Notes under the pieces: model-generated
The model's input: only the letters and a program-made list of their open reading frames with translations
Told to the model about the DNA's origin: nothing
Database searches by the model: none
Made by a program: the position numbers and the translations under genes
Shown here: piece by piece, positions 57,045 through 64,000 of the stretch
How positions within the stretch are numbered: the first letter of the stretch is position 1
Layout: every line of letters begins with the position of its first letter
Assembly: GCA_973895155.1 (NCBI GenBank)
Contig: OZ316896.1
Span: 17,596,754-17,660,753, forward strand
Direction: 5' to 3'
Source of the DNA: Marsupella aquatica
Lineage: Eukaryota > Plantae > Marchantiophyta
DNA: 64,000 nt

Positions 57045-58064
57045 GCGGTGGGAGTCCTGGTTGCTTCTCAACCCCTAGCTGGTCTGGTGCTATGGTTCAA
57101 CCTTCTCTCCCTCCTGGTGTGGGTATGACCCTCTTAAGAGGGTCTACCCTCCAGAGGTGCATGCTCCTGAGTTGATCGGCTATCCTCATAATCGGGAGTT
57201 GATCGTCTATCTCCGGTCGGATGGGTCAGCTTTCTTTATCAAGGCAAAAACGAGCTAACAACAAATCTAAACCTGTAACAGAATCTCCAGCTTTTCGTTT
57301 CAAGGAAAAATGGGCTCATAACAAATCTGAAAAACTCTGGCAGAATCGCTCTTCTTCACTGGAAATTCCTGAGCAAATTCCAGTGGGACCTCAACCGACG
57401 AGGCTGCCTGCCCCGACTGGAGGACAAATCTGAAACAACCCAAATTGCCTAGCCTTGTTCCACAAACTACTGTAGGGTCCAACGAGAGAAGAGAGCAAAT
57501 GTGGGAAATGGGCCCAACAGGAATATCTCAGAACGGAGTGGAAGGGATGAAATCCTGTTGTCCCTCTAATTAACAGCCCATCAGTTTTGCAAACACACCT
57601 GCTCTACCCTCTCCCCTCTACCTTAGAGCAAGACGTTGTTGACCATAAACCAATACTCAACTGGCAGAAACATCAACAATGAAACGAGTAGAACAGACAG
57701 TCATCATGATGAACATGGATATCAAAAGGTAACGACCAGAATCCCCAGAGTGCAGAGGAATTTTCAGCTTCAATTGTGACTGAAGCTCTTGGGATGTGAT
57801 GCGCTTCACATTCTCCTGTGATCACAGAAAACGAAAAGAGTCCCCTGGACTCTAGGATGGTCTGACTGAAATTCACATCATTTTTTCTTTGTTTGATGGA
57901 ATGCTTCCTTAGCTGTGAAGTAAACTCCAATATAAAGTTCGAATCATTGTGATAACAACAATTGCATGCGCAGTCTGTGGTTGTCACTCGACGTGTGAAA
58001 TTTCAGCAATCAGTTCCTCTTGGACAATCTTGCAAACATCTGCTCTCCAACAAACAAACAGCCA

Positions 58065-59045
58065 TGATGGGGCGCTCGAAATTTATGGCACCATTGACAT
58101 CTTGGTCAACAATGCTGGTTATGTCCTCCAGGGCGCGGTCAAGGAGTGGAGGTGAGGTCACCTCTCCTCGTCATTTACCAGCAATCTACCAGCAACCGAA
58201 TTTCCTCTTACCGAATAGCATTGTCAAATCCTTCGTTACAATTTGTGAGCAGCTCAATCTCCCACCATTTCCGAATCTTGAAGAACACAAAGTTTCCAGA
58301 TTTGCTAGAAGCTATTTCTGGCAAGAAGACTGCCAAATCGCAAACAATCTACCGACAAATTATCATCGAACTATGTGCAAAATGCGTTGTTGGTTGGAAT
58401 TTAGATCGCTGGCTGGTATTGATTTCGTTATCTCAACACTCACAGGTGCCTCTGCTGAAATGTGTTACCTCTGAACAGTGATGACGAAGTGAGGGCCCAG
58501 TTCGAAACCAACGTCTTCAGCCAATTGACAGTAATCCGCGCAGTCTCGCCCCACATTCGCTCTCGAAAGTCCGGCGTCATCGCCAACATAGGCTCTGTCG
58601 GCGGCTGGACTGGCGGTGTAGGGGCAAGAGTCTACTGCTCAACTAAATTTGAGCTGGTGGGGATCACGGAGGCACTCCGGATGGAGTTGGTACATCTAGG
58701 TGTCCAGGTGACGATCACAGAGCCCAGCTATTTCCGCACTAATATTCCAAGTGGTGGCAACAAACGCATGGCAGCGCAAATCATCGACAATCTTCGGCCC
58801 CTCATGGACCGTTGAGGGATTTCTACACTGCCTACGACATGAAGCAGCTTGGGGATCCGGCGAAGGCTTCGCAGGTGCTGGTTGAGGCAGTGACGAAGAG
58901 TGGCCGTTGTAAGGACTTCACCATACCGCTGAGGTTGCCCATAGGCAGCGATGCGGTGATCGATGTCGGAGAAATTTTGGAGAGGTAGACGAAATCTCTT
59001 GGGGAATGGGCGGAACTTATCAGCTCTACTGACCACGATCATGTT
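58065..59045 (+). pseudogene. Classical short-chain dehydrogenase/reductase pseudogene (5'-truncated, one intron at 58152-58478, frameshift near 58810, internal stop at 58986)
   Basis: YGTIDILVNNAGY, QFETNVF, NIGSVGG, catalytic YCSTK, EPSYFRT, then after the frameshift QLGDPAKASQVLVEAVTKSG...PLRLPIGSDAV...EWAELISSTDH. The TGxxxGxG cofactor motif was not found upstream. Confidence 0.85.
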
Positions 59046-59853
59046 GCTGCTGCTCAGTCTTACCCCACGCCCGAATATTTGTTACCTCTTCTCTGTCGAC
59101 GGCCCTGGAATTTTTGATGTTGCTCTGGAGCTTGGGGATCCGTTGAGGGTTTTGCTGCAATTAGCATTCCACTCCCAAAGGAGCCACAGAACGTTTCCGT
59201 CTGAATGTTTACATGTTAAATTTCGGAGGCGAGAAGTGCAGTAGTCTCTGCGGATCCACAAAAAACAAAACAGAGCTTTCTACTCATGCTTGGTAGGACC
59301 GGCAGCATGGAAGGCACTAGAGACAGAGATGGCAAGCGAGAGATTTGGGAAAAGCTCGCTGGACTGATCCATCCGGGCATATTAGTTCTGCGGTGAAATT
59401 TCACGTCAGAACAAAGAGGGATCGACGGAGGAGTAGTAGGAGTCCACTAATGCTCCTTAGCTGTCGTTGTATGTATGTAAGTTTAAACCCTGGATTGATG
59501 AATGAAAGCGACAAAAGCATAGCTTGTTGATAAAAAATGATCCAAGGTTTAGAATCATACCTCAGCTTTTACCGTGTAAGGTGCATTTTATGAGATTAGT
59601 CATGGCTGAAAGTGGCGCCGGCGCTGGTCTCCACAGTTCGAGTGACAAAGTAGCTGGAGAACATAATAGATTGATGTGTCGGATGAGAGGGAACGAGTTT
59701 TCCCTGATGTCTTGACACATTATACAACGCATAAGCTTCACGGTCACTTCATTAGTTTGTAAATCCGAAAGAATTGGATAAGATTACTGACCATGGCAGG
59801 TAGGGAACTTCATTAGTTTGTAAATCCAAAAGAATTGGATAAGAGTACTGATC

Positions 59854-62800
59854 ATGGCAAGTATCTATTCTGGAGCAGAGGAGAATACTGCTCGTTCGAG
59901 CAAAAGCGAAGACCAGGACTGGGTGAAGATAATCATAGATGACCTCAAACACGTTGCAGCGGAAACGAGGCCTCAGCTAGAGAACGTCATGTACAGAGTG
60001 AGAAGGCAGCTGAGGGATCTGAAACCGGAACACTTCGCTGTGGAGGAGTTTTCCTTCGGCCTCTTCGACAGAACTCCAAAGGGGGCTCGGAATGTTAGGG
60101 CTCACAAATGCAAGTTACTGATGGCCAGCGCAGTCCTAAAATTCATGGGCATGACGCCAGATAAATGGCAGGAGCTGTGCCAGATGGTGGTGGAGGACCC
60201 GAAGAAGACTCAGGACATGTACGATGAGCTTGGCCGTGATCCTCTGTCGCCAGCAGAAGTCCAAAGTGTGCTCACTCTCGACGCCGTTTTCCTGGCTGGC
60301 TATCTCGGGTCATCTTGCTGCGAGTCTTTCAATAACAGAACCAACGGATCCCTCAATTCCGCAATCGATCCCATGACTCGCCAAACGATTCGAACTTTCG
60401 TCGTGAAGGATCTCTTCAAGGTAGAGAACCAGATTCCGCTCTCTCTCATTCACAACGTGCTGCTCATGCTACTGGAAAAGGGTGGAGTTCAGCCTCCCGA
60501 AAGATTAATCAGGGAAGCAGACGATGCATTGCAGGCAATATGTATGAACGCGGTGGACTCCATGAAATATTATTTGCCAGGAACTGATTTTGGAGACCGT
60601 AGTGTTTCTCCTGCTCGACGCATTCGGTTGGTAGACTTCGACAATTTTCTCGATTGCCTGTATAGCCTGGAAATGTGCCAAGGCTTGGAAACGACCTCTG
60701 CTCCCGGCGATGGTGAACTGATGGGGACGACGGAGCAGAAGTACAATTTGCCCCCCGTCACGGAACTGCAGAAGGCTGGGATCGAGTTCCGGGGACGCAA
60801 AGGTACAGTACTGCTGCATTTTCTCGTTCTCCTTCATTTTCTCTTGGATCTGAAATTGCACTTTCTAGTTTCTTCCATCTCCTTCATTTTCTTTTGGGTC
60901 TGAAATTGCACTTTCTCGTTTCTTCCATCTCCTTCATTTTCTCTTGGGTCTGAAATTGCACTTTCTCGTTTCTTCCATCTCCTTCATTTTCTCTTGGGTC
61001 TGAAATTGCACTTTCTCGTTTCTTCCATCTCCTTCATTTTCTCTTGGGTCTGAAATTGCACTTTCTCGTTTCTCCCATCTCCTTCATTTTCTCTCTGGTC
61101 TGATTTTGCACTCTGTCGTTTTTTCCATGTCGTTCATTTGCCTTTGGGTCTGATTTTGCAGCTCCTTGTTTCTTCCATCTCGTTCATTTTTGTTTTGGAT
61201 CTGATTTTGCAGCTTCTTGTTTCTACCATCTCGTTCATTTTGTTTTGGGTCTGATTTTGCAGCTTCTCGTTTTGTCCATCTGGTTCATTTTGTTTTGGGT
61301 CTGATTTTGCAGCTTCTGGTTTCTTCCACCTCGTTCATTTTCCTTTGGGTCTGATTTTTCACATTCTCCTTTTGTCCATCTCGTCCATTTTGTTTTGGGT
61401 CTGATTTTGCAGCTTCTTGTTTCGTCCATCTAGCTCCCTCAGTTTGATTTGGGTCTGATTTTGAAGTATGGTAACTCCCTGTCAAGAGGGTGTTCTGGTT
61501 TGTAATTGCCCCAAGTCAGCACACAGGTTGTGAGGTGTGCACTAATGTGTTCAAATGTGTTCAAACCATTATTTTAGATTAGAGAGGAAGTTTTACCTTT
61601 CCACCCTCATCACACATGCCTCCATGGTTCTGTAGTACAATGTATGGAGCAAATCTATTCTATTCTATTCATACATAATAGTTATCATAAGCTACTCCCT
61701 GGGGCTATTGTAGAGTGAAGCCCCTAGGTGTGACACTAAAGAAGGTAAAGGTGCAGACAAGAAATAAAGATGGGTGTAGATTGTGACTCTAAGGGCGTAC
61801 CTCAAAGTGAGGACATGAAACAGGGAATCTCGTTCATTTGCCCCCATCTTTTTTCAAGGTCTATTTTTGCCGTCACCTCTACTTATGTCCAAGGAACAGG
61901 TAGAGGTGAGGAAGAGAAAACGGATATATAGTCAGCAGTTTTAGAGTGGAATTCCTCTTGCTTGTAATGTGGGCATTTTTCTTGCTCCAATATGTTCCTG
62001 CCTTCACCTTTGCGCGGGCTTTGTTTCCCTTCTCTTCCCACATCTGTAGTTGTCATGTGTGATCACCTATTTGCAGGCAAGTTCCATGATGTTGAATTCA
62101 AGGGAGGATGGTTCAAGGGTATCCTATATCTCCCCAAGCTCAACTTGAATGATTACAACGAGGTAGTTTGGAGGAACTTGGTGGCCTATGAGGACGTCCA
62201 TTATGACAGAAATGATTTCACACTATATCTGCACCTTATGGACATGTTAATTGGTTCCCAGCCAGATGTAAGCTCATTTCATCCATATTGGTTTGATCTA
62301 TTTTATTTGATTTTTGCACAAATCCCAGTTCATGAGCTGACAGTGGCATTGCTCAGAGCAAATGGGGCCATCTCTTATCATTTTCATGAGAATCATATTG
62401 GGAAGAGGACCTTTCTAGCTAGTAAAGAACAATTCTACATTTTAATGAACATATGAGTTTGCAATTATATGAAGCAATAGTCTGGCACAATTCACAATGC
62501 TGTAAGTTTCATTGGCTTATTGAAAGAATTTCCAGATATAAGCTCTTATGGGATCATCCCAAACTTCTTGCTCAGGTAAGTAAAATTCTTAAGTTTGCAT
62601 AATCACATAGGATCTCTAAAAATGTGCTTTGATTAATTAGGACACACAAATCTAGAGTCAGGAACTTTTAGGCACAAGAAGCATGTTTGGATCCACCAAT
62701 CCAAGGTTAAAGGTTATGACTCGAATTTCTAGCCAATAAATGAAAACCATATTATAAATGTGCTGTAGTAGGATTAAATATGTTTGTCTTTGTATTACAG

Positions 62801-63136
62801 GTGATGTTACTAAAATCTGGAAAGTATCCAGTGATAGACTATGACCATCTTGGGGATACCAAGGCCGGAGCAAAAATATTCAACAATGCAGTGCTCCAAA
62901 ATTGTTACATCGCTAAAAGTGAAAGGTGGAGGTTGATTCACAAGCAGATATATGAATATTACAATCAAGGCCAAAGGCGAATGTTTTTGGAGTTTATGGA
63001 CACCCAATTTGGAAAGCCTTGGATGACTGCTTCAGTTGTGGCTGCAATTGTTTTACTCGTTATGACTCTTCTTCAAACATGGTATAGTTATCTTCAATAC
63101 CGACAAGGAGAGAATGCAGGAATAAACTATTACTGA
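59854..63136 (+). CDS. DUF247 (UPF0481) family plant protein; exons 59854-60802, 62077-62267, 62801-63136
   Basis: MYRVRRQLRDLKPEHF, LTLDAVFL, DLFKVENQIPL, LPPVTELQKAGIEF, GILYLPKL..WRNLVAYE, YLHLMDMLI, HLGD...FNN, and a C-terminal TM segment FGKPWMTASVVAAIVLLVMTLLQTWYSYL. GT-AG introns are in compatible phases. Confidence 0.92.
60815..61463. repeat. Minisatellite, about 13 units of 49-50 bp, at the 5' end of DUF247 intron 1
   Basis: Unit TGAAATTGCACTTTCTCGTTTCTTCCATCTCCTTCATTTTCTCTTGGGTC grades into a TGATTTTGCAGCTTCT...GTTCATTTTGTTTTGGGTC variant. Confidence 0.95.
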
Positions 63137-64000
63137 ACATTCGCCTCAATGAAAATCGCTGCAGGAAACATGCCATACAAGTGAGAAGTGTCTACATATG
63201 ATCATGCAAAGTCCTCTCCCACTCAACAACAACACTAGTTGTGTCAATCACTTGTTCCTAAGATTTATCCACACAATCAGTCTTTCATTGAATTTCATTG
63301 GATGGGAGGCAATGTCTAACACATCAAAGTGAGAGGCATTACTATTTTTTAGCCACAAAGCATCTTGTGCTCAAGGACCTATGCTCAGGTAAGTTTAGTA
63401 GCTGGCAGTGCTGGGCCAATTTTCACATGGGGGCCATACTTGACTAATTTTAGTATCTGATTAGTGCTTGGCTAATTTTGGTTGCAAACCCATCCTCAAT
63501 TAATTTGAGCTGCGGACCCATGCTGGGAACATGTGAGATCAGGAGCTAGTAAATTCCTTCAGAAAAAAACAAACTGCTTAAACTCCGAAGCCCATCCCCA
63601 TTTTGAAAGGTCTGGCCAGTAACCCTCTTCTAATCGCCCCACGAACTGCTGTCGGGGATGGCAGCCCATAACCTCCTCTTGGGGATGGGTTACCCTACTC
63701 TTTGTCCCAACCCAACCCATCCAACTTACCCAACGGGAGCAGGGTAACCTTAGCCCTATTTTGAGAGTTGGGCCAGCATTAGCAGAAAATAACACTAAAT
63801 GGTGGGTTTTCTTCTTGCCAATGCTATTTGGGTTACAACTCCATAAATATGGAGAGTAATTCCCGTTTGCCAAGTCCTAGAGTACTATTGCTGCACTATT
63901 GCAATCTTTGCTAGTGTTGGCTCTTGCTTAAGAACTTGCTCATGATGCAAACATGTGCAATGTGTGTCTTGTCATCTTTGGAATGTCCTGATTGTTTGGA

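Overview
Eukaryotic land-plant genomic DNA with intron-rich genes, probably from a bryophyte (inferred from gene content and intron style, not proven). Seven protein-coding genes can be reconstructed from exons: 40S ribosomal protein S25 (+), kinesin-1/PSS1-like motor (-), WW-domain DEAD-box RNA helicase of the DRH1/RH14-RH40-RH46 group (+), CstF64 (+), intronless Iojap/RsfS-like organellar protein (-), sucrose synthase (-) and a DUF247 protein (+). There is also a decayed PIF/Harbinger transposase, a disrupted SDR oxidoreductase with fungal-like features, a probable Copia solo LTR, several MITE-like inverted repeats and many short tandem duplications. The most notable observations are four: (1) a multi-stem structured element plus a stop-introducing cryptic acceptor in helicase intron 3, (2) a 100-bp duplication of the branch point and 3' splice site of the last sucrose synthase intron that predicts two C-termini, (3) a near-perfect 610-bp hairpin just upstream of RPS25, and (4) the possibly horizontally acquired SDR pseudogene. 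All coordinates were read by eye and no searches were run.
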